Shown: positions 19,131-29,482 of the stretch, piece after piece
Numbering within the stretch: the stretch's first letter is position 1
How the letters are laid out: every line of letters starts with the position of its first letter
Assembly (NCBI RefSeq): GCF_965656515.1
Contig: NZ_CBFHKW010000006.1
Location: 1 to 56,570 of the forward strand
Reading direction: 5' to 3'
Length of the DNA: 56,570 nt
From: Celeribacter marinus
Lineage (GTDB): Bacteria > Pseudomonadota > Alphaproteobacteria > Rhodobacterales > Rhodobacteraceae
The notes under the pieces: generated by a model
Databases searched by the model: none
What the model was told of the DNA's origin: nothing
Seen by the model: the letters and a program-made list of their open reading frames with translations, nothing else
Translations under genes and position numbers: made by a program

Positions 19131-20246
19131 ATGGCGCCCAAGCGTCCCTATGGTGCGGGCGCGTTCCCGAAACCGGTTGAGCCACCCGTGCCTCAAACCG
19201 CAGATCGAGAAGAGCTATATGCCGCTCTCGATCTCGGCACTAATTCGTGTCGCATGTTGATTGCCCAACCAAAGGGCAGTCAGTTCCATGTGATCGACAG
19301 TTTTTCAAAATCCGTCCAGCTCGGGAACGGGCTGGAGGCGTCTGGCCGTTTGTCGCGTGGCTCGATCACGCGCACCATTCAGGCGTTGCGGGTGTGCCGC
19401 AAGAAACTTGATAAACACAAAGTCAAACGCATGCGTCTGGTCGCGACCGAAGCCTGTCGGCGTGCCAAAAATTCACGTGACTTTTTGCGCCGCGTCCAGC
19501 GTGAGACGGGGCTGACCCTCGAGATCATCAAACCCGAGGAAGAGGCGCGTTTGGCGGTGATTTCATGCGCGCCGTTGGTGTCGACCAAGACCGAACAACT
19601 CTTGGTCGTCGATATCGGCGGGGGGTCCACCGAACTTGTGTGGATTGATCTAAGTGCGGTTCCAATGGCGGATCGTCCGCGCGCGATTATGCGGCTGCAC
19701 ACAGGGTTCACGCCTACGGAACGTAGCATTTTCCCGCATGCCAAAGTCGTGGACTGGATTTCGGTGCCGTTGGGTGTCGCCACCTTGATGGAGCAGTTTT
19801 CGGATGTTGAGGATGATAGCGCGCGGTTTGCGTTGATGTCGTGGTTCTTTGAGGAAAAGCTCGCGGATTTCACGCCCTATGCCAACGAGCCCGCTCGTGA
19901 CGGGTTCCAGATCATCGGCACATCGGGGACCGTGACAACCGTGGCGGCCTCGCACCTTGGCTTGCGGCGCTATGATCGCAACAAGGTCGACGGGCTGCGC
20001 ATGTCGTCCGAGCAAATTGATAGTGTGATCCGAGATTACTTGCACCTTGGCCCTGTGGGGCGGCGCAATGATCCGCGCATCGGGCGCGACCGTCAGGCAT
20101 TGATTATGTCGGGTGCCGCGATCCTTCAGGCGCTATTGCGGATCTGGCCCACAGACCGCTTGTCGGTGGCGGATCGGGGGCTGCGTGAGGGGTTGCTCTA
20201 CGCACAGATGACTGCGGACGGCGTGCTTGAGGAGGCGCTCCCTTAG
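19131..20246 (+). CDS. ppx: Ppx/GppA family phosphatase
   Basis: AALDLGTNSCRM, VATEACR, EEEA, DIGGGSTE, GLREG motifs. Confidence 0.88.
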   Translation: MAPKRPYGAGAFPKPVEPPVPQTADREELYAALDLGTNSCRMLIAQPKGSQFHVIDSFSKSVQLGNGLEASGRLSRGSITRTIQALRVCRKKLDKHKVKRMRLVATEACRRAKNSRDFLRRVQRETGLTLEIIKPEEEARLAVISCAPLVSTKTEQLLVVDIGGGSTELVWIDLSAVPMADRPRAIMRLHTGFTPTERSIFPHAKVVDWISVPLGVATLMEQFSDVEDDSARFALMSWFFEEKLADFTPYANEPARDGFQIIGTSGTVTTVAASHLGLRRYDRNKVDGLRMSSEQIDSVIRDYLHLGPVGRRNDPRIGRDRQALIMSGAAILQALLRIWPTDRLSVADRGLREGLLYAQMTADGVLEEALP

Positions 20247-20278
20247 GAGAGAGGCGTTTAACAGCGCTCAGACATGAA

Positions 20279-20303
20279 AAAGCCCGCCGTAGTGGCGGGC
20301 TTT
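20279..20303. terminator. Bidirectional intrinsic terminator
   Basis: AAAGCCCGCC-GTAGT-GGCGGGCTTT between convergent genes. Confidence 0.75.
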
Positions 20304-20327
20304 CATATGTCGAATAAATCCAAACTG

Positions 20328-20885
20328 TTACGGGATTATTCTCGTGTACTTTGTGCCCTCAATGGTCGCACCAGCGCGCAGGCCCGCTTGACCAAAGACC
20401 ACACCAATTACGGGTGATAGCTGTGTTGTTGTGTCTGCCGACATCTCTTCGCCACGGTTGGAAATCGCATATTCGATATCCGCGCCCGCGGCCCATCCTT
20501 GGGAATTGCGGAAGTCTTGCAACGATTGTTCGGTCATAAAGAACAACACGTGCGCGTATTGCTGCGCGCCAATTTGCAGACCGATCGAGGCCTGAGCAGA
20601 GGAGTAATAATCGACCGATGCGCCGCCGACGCGCAATGCACCGCGCCCATATGAGCCGCCAACGCCAAAGCCGGCCTCGGTCACCAACGGCATGACCAAC
20701 TGGCCCACGGATTTGTCACGAAGATCGCTTGTACCGGGGTAGTTGGAATAAAGCTCGTTCAGGGTACGATCAACGCGCGCGTCGATCACCGCGCTGCCGG
20801 TTGAGTTTAAACCATTGCCGCATGCGGTCAAAACAGCTGCGCTACCAAGGCCGATCAACAACGATCGGCGCGAAAAATGTGTCAT
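20328..20885 (-). CDS. YSC84/SYLF-domain lipoprotein with Tat signal
   Basis: SRRSLL twin-arginine motif, LTAC lipobox, GFGVGGSYGRG and SIGLQIGAQ SYLF motifs. Confidence 0.8.
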   Translation of the reverse strand: MTHFSRRSLLIGLGSAAVLTACGNGLNSTGSAVIDARVDRTLNELYSNYPGTSDLRDKSVGQLVMPLVTEAGFGVGGSYGRGALRVGGASVDYYSSAQASIGLQIGAQQYAHVLFFMTEQSLQDFRNSQGWAAGADIEYAISNRGEEMSADTTTQLSPVIGVVFGQAGLRAGATIEGTKYTRIIP

Positions 20886-21026
20886 GGGACTGCCCTTATA
20901 GTTACTGCCAGTTTCGAGCTCTCAAGGCTCTTTGGAGAGTATTATGGCGCAATTTTCATGCGCTGTCATTGTCTTATGTACAGGCGGGCCCGTTTGGGTG
21001 GTCCCCCGCCGATTCACGCACATGCG

Positions 21027-22115
<1,089 letters not shown>

Positions 22116-22173
22116 CTAATGTCGCGCCAATCAGGGCATCGCGCCCGCAAATTCGCCCAAAAGAGCAGTCATC

Positions 22174-22701
22174 GTGAGTATCTGGCAAACCATTTTCGAA
22201 GTCATCGATATGCGGTCGTTTTCTAATCTTTGGTATTGGATCGCCTTGGCCGTGCTATGGTCGACCGCGTCCCACTTTGTGCTCGGCGTGCCGTTCGATT
22301 TGGCGCAAAAAGCGTTAAAACATGGCGGTGAGCGCATGCAGGATCTCGAAGATCTTGTTCGTATCAACGTCAACCGCTTGGGCAATATCGCAGAGATTTC
22401 CGGCCTCGTCATTGTGGCCATGGCCTCGGGTGGGTTGACCATCTTGTTTGCGCTCGGGGTCTTTTACGATGTCGAGTTTGCACAAGCCGTCTTTCTCATG
22501 GCCTTTCCAATGACGATTGTGTTCTTTTTGAATATCCGCACGGCGAAACGCATTTTGGTGAATGCGCCGCGTGGTGAGGCCTTGGTGGATGTCTTGCGGC
22601 GTCACCGGCTAAAAACGCAAATGATCGGCATGTTATTCATCTTTATCACGGCGATGTGGGGCATGTATCAAAACATCGTCACAGGACCGCTTGGCGGCTA
22701 G
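22174..22701 (+). CDS. Conserved Rhodobacterales membrane protein upstream of mfd, unknown function
   Basis: IDMRSFSNLWYWI N-terminus, four hydrophobic segments, C-terminal WGMYQN. Confidence 0.7.
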   Translation: MSIWQTIFEVIDMRSFSNLWYWIALAVLWSTASHFVLGVPFDLAQKALKHGGERMQDLEDLVRINVNRLGNIAEISGLVIVAMASGGLTILFALGVFYDVEFAQAVFLMAFPMTIVFFLNIRTAKRILVNAPRGEALVDVLRRHRLKTQMIGMLFIFITAMWGMYQNIVTGPLGG

Positions 22702-22706
22702 ACGCA

Positions 22707-25700
22707 GTGGCTATCGCATCCAAATCCAACACCGCTCATGTTCAGATTGGCGGCGCGCCAGAGGGGTTTGACGCCTATCTTCTTGCGCGCGAAGTGGCCA
22801 AATCCGACGCCCCTGTGATCCACGTGGCCCGCGATGACAAACGTCTTGCGGCGCTCAAGGCGGCCCTTGCGTTCTTTGCACCCGATCTGCCTGTGATCGA
22901 CTTTCCCGCGTGGGATTGTCTGCCGTATGACCGGATTTCGCCCAATGCCGATGTGTCCGCCTCCCGCATGGCGACCTTGGCCGCGTTAGCGCATGGGGCG
23001 ATGCCCAAACGCTATGTATTATTGACCACATTGGCCGCAGCCACACAGCGTGTTCCCGCCAAAGAGACATTGGACGGGGCCGCGTTTTCACTGCGCAAAG
23101 GTCAGCGGGTCAACGAGGAGGCCTTGCGCGGCTTTTTTGTCCGTATGGGGTTCACGCAGGCGCCAACCGTTGTCGAACACGGTGATTATGCCATTCGCGG
23201 CGGCATCATTGATGTGTTTCCACCGGGCCATGATGCGCCGGTGCGTCTCGATTTCTTTGGGGATGAATTGGACGGGTTGCGCCGCTTTGATCCCGCGACA
23301 CAACGCACCACCGAGACACTCGATGCGATCACATTCACGCCTGTGTCTGAGGTCATTTTGGACGATGCGGCGATCACGCGGTTTAGGCAAGCCTACCGGA
23401 TCGAGTTTGGAGCCGCTGGCGCCGACGATCCCCTCTATGAGGCTGTTTCTGCAGGGAAAAAGCATGCAGGCCTTGAGCATTGGTTGCCGTTTTTTCACGA
23501 CCATTTGGCCACCTTGTTTGATTATACGCCAGAGGCGACAATTGCATTGGATGACCAGACCACGGCGGCGCGGTTGGCGCGGTGGGACGGAATTGCCGAT
23601 CAATACGACAGCCGCCGTGAGGCGATGACCTCGAAAAAGCGCCTTGATAGCGTGTATAAACCCTGTCCGCCTGCGTTGCTTTATCTGGATGATGCGGCGT
23701 GGGAGGCGGAAATTGCGGGCCGTAGGGTTCTTCATTTTCACCCCTCGGCGCAGGCCACAGGTCTTGGTGTTATTGATGCGGGTGGCCGCATTGGCCGCAA
23801 CTTTGCACCCGAACGCCAACAAGAAAAACTAGATCTTTTCGGGGCGTTATCCGAGCATATTCATGCAAAACGTGAGAATGGTCATGTGGTCATGGCCTCA
23901 TGGTCCGAGGGCGCGCGCGACCGGTTGCAGACGCTGCTCGAGGACCAAGACCTCGTTGATACGACCCTGATTTCCGATTGGCGCGATGTGCCGTCCGGAA
24001 AGGGTGGCGTGTTCTTAACCATTTGGCCGCTGGATGAAGGGTTCGAAGCCCCAACAGAGGCCGCGGATCACGTCACGGTCATCTCGGAACAAGATGTGTT
24101 GGGTGACCGCCTCATCCGACGACCTGGCCGCAAAAAGCGGGCGGATAATTTCCTCACAGAGCATTCCGCGCTTTCGGCGGGAGATTTGATTGTTCACGTG
24201 GATCACGGGGTCGGGATTTTTCGGGGCCTTGAGATCATCACCGCGTTGGGTGCGGCGCATGAATGCCTGTTGTTGGAATATGCGGGCGGAGACCGTCTCT
24301 ACCTTCCTGTTGAAAACATTGAACTTCTGAGCCGTTATGGCAACGAAGAGGGGTTGCTCGACAAGTTGGGCGGCGGCGCGTGGCAGTCCAAAAAGGCCAA
24401 GCTGAAAGAGCGCATTCGTGAGGTCGCTGAAAAGCTGATCCGCATCGCCGCCGAGCGTCAGTTGCGCAAAGCGGATATTTTGGTGCCACCCGATGACATG
24501 TGGGAGGCGTTTTGCGCCCGTTTTCCCTATGATGAAACCGATGATCAGCTCAAAGCGATCGAGGACGTGTTGGACGATCTGGAGGCGGGTCTTCCGATGG
24601 ACCGTCTCGTGTGTGGCGATGTCGGGTTTGGCAAAACCGAAGTCGCGATGCGCGCGGCCTTTGTTGCGGCGCTTTGTGGTCAGCAGGTTGCGGTGATCGC
24701 GCCGACCACATTGTTGGCCCGTCAACACTATCGCTCTTTTGCCGAACGCTTCCGTGGCTTTCCGATCAATGTGCGCCCGATGTCACGTTTTGTGAGCCAA
24801 AAAGAGATGACGCAAACCCGCGAGGGGCTTTTGTCCGGCGAGGTTGATATCGTCGTTGGCACCCATGCCTTGCTTGCAAAAAACGTTAAGTTTCATGATC
24901 TTGGCCTGTTGATTGTCGATGAGGAGCAACGGTTCGGCGTGACGCATAAAGAGCGCCTGAAGTCGATGAAATCCAACATCCACGTCCTGACGCTATCGGC
25001 CACGCCGATCCCGCGCACCTTGCAAATGTCGATGACGGGCGTGCGTGATTTGTCGATTATCGGCACGCCGCCCGTCGACCGTTTGGCCATTCGCACCTAT
25101 GTCAGTGAGTTCGATACAGTGACGATCCGCGAGGCCTTGCTGCGCGAGCATTACCGTGGGGGGCAGTCCTTTTTCGTGGTGCCTCGCATCACCGATATCC
25201 CTGAAATTGAACAGTTTCTGGCCGATAATGTGCCCGAAGTCCGCTTTGTCGTTGCTCACGGCCAGATGGCTGCGGGTGAGCTTGATGACCGGATGAACGC
25301 CTTTTATGACGGCAAGTATGATGTGCTGTTGGCCACCACAATCGTGGAGAGTGGCATTGATATTCCGACTGCCAACACGATGGTCATCCACCGCGCAGAT
25401 ATGTTCGGCCTATCACAGCTCTACCAAATTCGCGGACGGGTCGGGCGCGCCAAAACCCGTGCCTATGCTTATTTGACAACCAAGCCGCGCGCGCCGTTGA
25501 CCGATGCCGCGCGCAAACGGTTGCGTGTGTTGGGATCGCTCGACACCCTCGGTGCAGGCTTCACGCTTGCCAGTCAGGATCTCGATATTCGCGGGGCCGG
25601 CAATCTGGTGGGTGAGGAGCAATCTGGCCACGTCAAAGAGGTCGGGTTCGAGCTATATCAATCCATGCTCGAAGAGGCGATTGCCAAGATCAAATCTGGC

Positions 25701-26204
25701 CAAGAGGGTGTGACGCTGGACGATGATGGCGCATGGGCGCCACAAATCAATCTCGGCGTTCCTGTATTGATTCCAGAGGTTTACGTGCCTGATCTTGATG
25801 TTAGATTGGGTCTGTATCGCCGCTTGTCTGGGTTGCACACCAAGGTCGAGCTGGAGGGATTTGCGGCGGAATTGATTGACCGGTTTGGAAAATTACCCAA
25901 AGAAGTCAACACGTTGCTACTCGTTGTTCGCATCAAGGAAAAATGCCGCGCCGCAGGGATTGCACGTCTTGATGGCGGTCCGAAAGGCGCGACGATCCAG
26001 TTCCACAATGACAAATATGCAAATCCGGTGGGTTTGATGGAGTTTATCCACGACCAAAAAGGGCAGGCAAAGGTCAAAGACAACAAGATCGTTGTCCGCC
26101 GCGATTGGAAAACCGATCGTGACAAGATCAAGGGCGCGTTTGCCATTGCTCAAGACCTTGCGCGCCACGCGAAGAGCGCCACGCAAGTCGCTAAAAAGAA
26201 ATAA
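22707..26204 (+). CDS. mfd: Transcription-repair coupling factor
   Basis: FPAWDCLPYD, RGGIIDVF, VHVDHGVG, GDVGFGKTEVA, DEEQRFG, SATPIPRT, QIRGRVGR, DIRGAGN; start probably GTG 22707. Confidence 0.96.
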   Translation: MAIASKSNTAHVQIGGAPEGFDAYLLAREVAKSDAPVIHVARDDKRLAALKAALAFFAPDLPVIDFPAWDCLPYDRISPNADVSASRMATLAALAHGAMPKRYVLLTTLAAATQRVPAKETLDGAAFSLRKGQRVNEEALRGFFVRMGFTQAPTVVEHGDYAIRGGIIDVFPPGHDAPVRLDFFGDELDGLRRFDPATQRTTETLDAITFTPVSEVILDDAAITRFRQAYRIEFGAAGADDPLYEAVSAGKKHAGLEHWLPFFHDHLATLFDYTPEATIALDDQTTAARLARWDGIADQYDSRREAMTSKKRLDSVYKPCPPALLYLDDAAWEAEIAGRRVLHFHPSAQATGLGVIDAGGRIGRNFAPERQQEKLDLFGALSEHIHAKRENGHVVMASWSEGARDRLQTLLEDQDLVDTTLISDWRDVPSGKGGVFLTIWPLDEGFEAPTEAADHVTVISEQDVLGDRLIRRPGRKKRADNFLTEHSALSAGDLIVHVDHGVGIFRGLEIITALGAAHECLLLEYAGGDRLYLPVENIELLSRYGNEEGLLDKLGGGAWQSKKAKLKERIREVAEKLIRIAAERQLRKADILVPPDDMWEAFCARFPYDETDDQLKAIEDVLDDLEAGLPMDRLVCGDVGFGKTEVAMRAAFVAALCGQQVAVIAPTTLLARQHYRSFAERFRGFPINVRPMSRFVSQKEMTQTREGLLSGEVDIVVGTHALLAKNVKFHDLGLLIVDEEQRFGVTHKERLKSMKSNIHVLTLSATPIPRTLQMSMTGVRDLSIIGTPPVDRLAIRTYVSEFDTVTIREALLREHYRGGQSFFVVPRITDIPEIEQFLADNVPEVRFVVAHGQMAAGELDDRMNAFYDGKYDVLLATTIVESGIDIPTANTMVIHRADMFGLSQLYQIRGRVGRAKTRAYAYLTTKPRAPLTDAARKRLRVLGSLDTLGAGFTLASQDLDIRGAGNLVGEEQSGHVKEVGFELYQSMLEEAIAKIKSGQEGVTLDDDGAWAPQINLGVPVLIPEVYVPDLDVRLGLYRRLSGLHTKVELEGFAAELIDRFGKLPKEVNTLLLVVRIKEKCRAAGIARLDGGPKGATIQFHNDKYANPVGLMEFIHDQKGQAKVKDNKIVVRRDWKTDRDKIKGAFAIAQDLARHAKSATQVAKKK

Positions 26205-27404
26205 TTATACCTCTGCGTCCACGGTGCGGCGCAAGAGGAGATATGCGATGAGCGAGCAGATCAATGTGCCGAGTGTCAGCGGTATGACCGTGCCGTTAAA
26301 GGCCAATCCAATGGGCGCCGCGATCAAAACTGCGCCGATTGTCGATATCCCTTGGACCAATGAGGACGCGATCCCCGCGACATGGCCCAAACGTTCGAGT
26401 GACAGGGCGATGATATTGCCAAAGGTGACGCCCGCCATGAAAAACACCGAGACGGACCAGATAAAGAACACCGGAAATGCGAGGGCGTCAGGCAAGAGGC
26501 CGGAACCGATCAGGGCAAGAACGACCGATGATATAGCGATTTGGCCGATGTAGGCCGAAAGTGCGATACGGCGCATGCCAAGGCGCACCACGTATTTGGC
26601 GTTCATCAGGGTTCCGACGCCCGAAATCAGGGCTTGTGCGGCGAACCAAATTGGAAAACTGTCCGTTTTATCAAATACTTCGCCGTAGATTTGTTGAATG
26701 GAGGACAAGAGGCCAAACATTTGACCAAAGCCGAGCATGAGTACAAGGGTGTAGATCTGGACGGAGCGGTGCGAAAACGTCTCTTTCGTGCCCGCAATCA
26801 GGGTCGCCATGGAGAGCGCGCGGCGCTCCGCTTTGGGCAATGTCTCTTCTTGGCGGATGATCAGCCACAGCCCTGACAGGGCAGCAAACACAACGAAAGA
26901 TCCAAAAATGCCACGCCATCCGAACCCGAGCATGATGAGCGAGCCAAGTGCAGGGGCGACAGCGGGCACCAGAATGAAAATCATCATGATAAACGATGAA
27001 ATGCGCGCCATTTCGCGCCCTTTATAGAGATCGCGGATGAGGGCCATTGTGACCACGCGCGGGGCTGCGGCACCCAACCCTTGGATCACGCGCGCGGCAA
27101 GCAGGGTTTCAAGGGTAGGGGCGGTCGCCGCCAAAACGGCTGCGGCGGCATAGACGGTCAATCCGCCAATGATAACGGCTTTGCGGCCGAAGCGGTCTGA
27201 CAATGGCCCGTTGATCAGTGTGCCCAGCCCCAATCCCAAGACAAACGCGGTCAGGACCAGTTGGGCGCGATTGACATCATCGGGCGTCAACTCGGACGCA
27301 ATCAACGGAATGCCAGGTAGCATGGAGTCGACGGACAACGCCACGGTGGCGGTGAGCATGGCCATGAGGGCAACAAATTCGGGTTGGGCTAACTTACGGG
27401 GCAT
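26205..27404 (-). CDS. Bcr/CflA-family multidrug efflux MFS transporter
   Basis: SVDSMLP, GPLSDRFGRK, RVIQGLG, PAVAPALG motifs. Confidence 0.88.
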   Translation of the reverse strand: MPRKLAQPEFVALMAMLTATVALSVDSMLPGIPLIASELTPDDVNRAQLVLTAFVLGLGLGTLINGPLSDRFGRKAVIIGGLTVYAAAAVLAATAPTLETLLAARVIQGLGAAAPRVVTMALIRDLYKGREMARISSFIMMIFILVPAVAPALGSLIMLGFGWRGIFGSFVVFAALSGLWLIIRQEETLPKAERRALSMATLIAGTKETFSHRSVQIYTLVLMLGFGQMFGLLSSIQQIYGEVFDKTDSFPIWFAAQALISGVGTLMNAKYVVRLGMRRIALSAYIGQIAISSVVLALIGSGLLPDALAFPVFFIWSVSVFFMAGVTFGNIIALSLERLGHVAGIASSLVQGISTIGAVLIAAPIGLAFNGTVIPLTLGTLICSLIAYLLLRRTVDAEV

Positions 27405-27485
27405 GACTAACTCACATATGGGGTAGACGCACCCTATGGGTGCCGCTTGGGTATGAAAAGGCCGCTTGGGGTGCGGGGGCTGTGC

Positions 27486-28016
27486 TTATGTGTGCGTGGG
27501 GTGGTGCGCATTGAGGTGCGCGGCCTCAACACGTGCGGCAAAGGCCAATGCAAGACAGCCAAGTGCGGCAATGAGGACCGCATGTGGCGCGCCTGCAATC
27601 AGGGCCAAGCCAACAAAGGATAGCCCTTGGCCGATATATTGCGGATGAGCGGTAAGGGCGTAGGGGCCACGTGTGCAGCGCGCCGCGGGCCACCCTGATG
27701 TGGCCTTAAGGCCCAATGTGGACGTGGCCCATGAGTGAAACAGTGATCCTGAGATGGCAAGAGTGCCGCCGATGCCCCAGCGCACAAAGGCGGACAGGTC
27801 CAATGTATTGCCGACACTGGAGCCAAGGCGCACAAGGCTGATGTAAATGACAATTGTCAGGCCCCATGACCAAATCACCGTCAATATGCTCGGCTGGCGT
27901 GGTGGCCAAAGGCGCGTGGCGGGATGGCGTGCAGCATGGGTCAAAACCGCAATCCACCCCAGTGCGCCGATAAGGCCCAACGCGAAATCAAACGCATATG
28001 GTGCGGCGGCGCTCAT
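27486..28016 (-). CDS. Isoprenylcysteine carboxylmethyltransferase/PEMT-like membrane protein
   Basis: Several TM segments, TRGPYALTAHPQYIG motif; abuts the DsbA gene with a 0-bp gap. Confidence 0.6.
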   Translation of the reverse strand: MSAAAPYAFDFALGLIGALGWIAVLTHAARHPATRLWPPRQPSILTVIWSWGLTIVIYISLVRLGSSVGNTLDLSAFVRWGIGGTLAISGSLFHSWATSTLGLKATSGWPAARCTRGPYALTAHPQYIGQGLSFVGLALIAGAPHAVLIAALGCLALAFAARVEAAHLNAHHPTHT

Positions 28017-28652
28017 TTAGTCGGCGGCCTCGGCCAGTTCGTCGATCACTTTGATCCACAGGTCCGTGGCTTGCGCGCCCGGAACAGCGTGTTGGTTGGC
28101 CACAACATAGAGCGGCACGCCAGAAATTCCGCGTTCGCGGGCGTGTGCATCGCGCGCGCGGATCATGTCGGTGTCCTCGTCGGTGGACAAAAGGCGCGTC
28201 ACGAGACTGGCATCCATACTCATGCTATCCGCGATATCGGCAAGGGTTTCTGTGTCCCCGATGTCGCGCCCCTCATGGAAATATGCGCGGTAGAGGGCGG
28301 CGACGATCGGGGTCTGCATACCCTCGATACCCGCCCAATGGATCAAGCGGTGCGCATTGAGCGTATTGGGGGTGCGTTTGATTATACCCAGATCAGCCTT
28401 TGGCAGCTCTGCGCCCATCGTCTCGACGATAGGGCGGTAGGCGTCAATCGCGCCCTGAACGCCGCCGAACTTGCCCTCAAGATAGGCACGCCGGTCCATG
28501 CCTTGCGCGGGCATGTCGGGGTTGAGTTGGAACGGATGCCACTCCACCACGAACTGATGGTTCGGGCGGGCTTCCATCGCGCGGTCAAGGCGGGCCTTGC
28601 CGATGTAGCACCATGGGCAGATCGGGTCGTGGAAAATATCAAGTTTTATCAT
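28017..28652 (-). CDS. DsbA-family oxidoreductase (FrnE-like)
   Basis: DPICPWCYIG, WHPFQLNP, NTLNAHRL, GISGVP, GAQ motifs. Confidence 0.9.
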   Translation of the reverse strand: MIKLDIFHDPICPWCYIGKARLDRAMEARPNHQFVVEWHPFQLNPDMPAQGMDRRAYLEGKFGGVQGAIDAYRPIVETMGAELPKADLGIIKRTPNTLNAHRLIHWAGIEGMQTPIVAALYRAYFHEGRDIGDTETLADIADSMSMDASLVTRLLSTDEDTDMIRARDAHARERGISGVPLYVVANQHAVPGAQATDLWIKVIDELAEAAD

Positions 28653-28930
28653 GGGCTATGACATAGCGTGGCGCGGGGTGGTTGGCGAGAGAATAACAAA
28701 AGGAAAACGTTCCGCGCGCTCACATTTCGGGCGCACGGCGATGTTCCTCTTGCCCTACATCTTGTGTTTGGATGAGGTTTGCAACTTTGCAAAGTGGCGA
28801 TGTTTTGGGTTTGTTCGCGTGGCGTTCTGGCGAAGTGTGGCGTGGACTTGTAACAGTCGCGGCGCTTTTCGGGCGATGAGAAATGTGGTTAAATAGCTGC
28901 AAGGATTGAGTTTTTAAGAGGTTCCCTCCC

Positions 28931-29155
28931 ATGGCATATGTTTCCAACGACCGTTTCTCCACCGTACAAGGCCGCGCCAAACATCTCGGACACACAAAGG
29001 TGTCCAGACTTCCCGTAGTGACGCTTGGACTTGGAGCTGTAGCATCCCTCGCAATCGCAGCAGGAGCCTTTAACTGGCTTCCCGTTCAAACCAGTATCAC
29101 CGATGAGTTGAGCAATATCGAGTTCCTCACCGGCACAGTCGACGGCACGCACTAA
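28931..29155 (+). CDS. Hypothetical small membrane protein (74 aa)
   Basis: AAGAGG upstream of ATG, one hydrophobic helix LPVVTLGLGAVASLAIAAGAF, terminator downstream. Confidence 0.55.
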   Translation: MAYVSNDRFSTVQGRAKHLGHTKVSRLPVVTLGLGAVASLAIAAGAFNWLPVQTSITDELSNIEFLTGTVDGTH

Positions 29156-29228
29156 CTGCGTGCTCCGATCAGGGCAGACAAGATGTCACGAGCAGTGATC
29201 CTCCCCCTGTCTCATCTGCCCCAAAGAG

Positions 29229-29266
29229 CCCCCGAAGATGCGGTAAACAGCATCCGGGGGTTTTCT
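29229..29266 (+). terminator. Intrinsic terminator
   Basis: CCCCCGAAGATGC...GCATCCGGGGG followed by TTTTCT. Confidence 0.6.
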
Positions 29267-29336
29267 TATGTCCCGCGAGCAAAACGGCTAGCTCTGTGAG
29301 CGGACGCGATGAAGGATACGGCGTATTGGGTGGGGA

Positions 29337-29480
29337 TTAGAACACCACACCGACCGCCGATTTTGTCACTTTGGTTGTGGCCTTTACACCCGTTTTTAGG
29401 GTCTTTCCCGCAACATAGGCAGGCGCGCAGGCGGTCAATCCAACCGCCAACGCCGCCATGACAATAAATTTTCGTACCAT
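29337..29480 (-). CDS. Small lipoprotein (47 aa)
   Basis: MVRKFIVMAALAVGLTAC signal peptide with lipobox; basic amphipathic mature peptide; begins 2 bp after the stop of the binding-protein gene. Confidence 0.65.
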   Translation of the reverse strand: MVRKFIVMAALAVGLTACAPAYVAGKTLKTGVKATTKVTKSAVGVVF

Positions 29481-29482
29481 AT

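Noticed and set aside
28784-28795. Palindrome ACTTTGCAAAGT upstream of the 74-aa ORF
   Set aside because: Single occurrence with no recognisable regulator consensus; could be chance.
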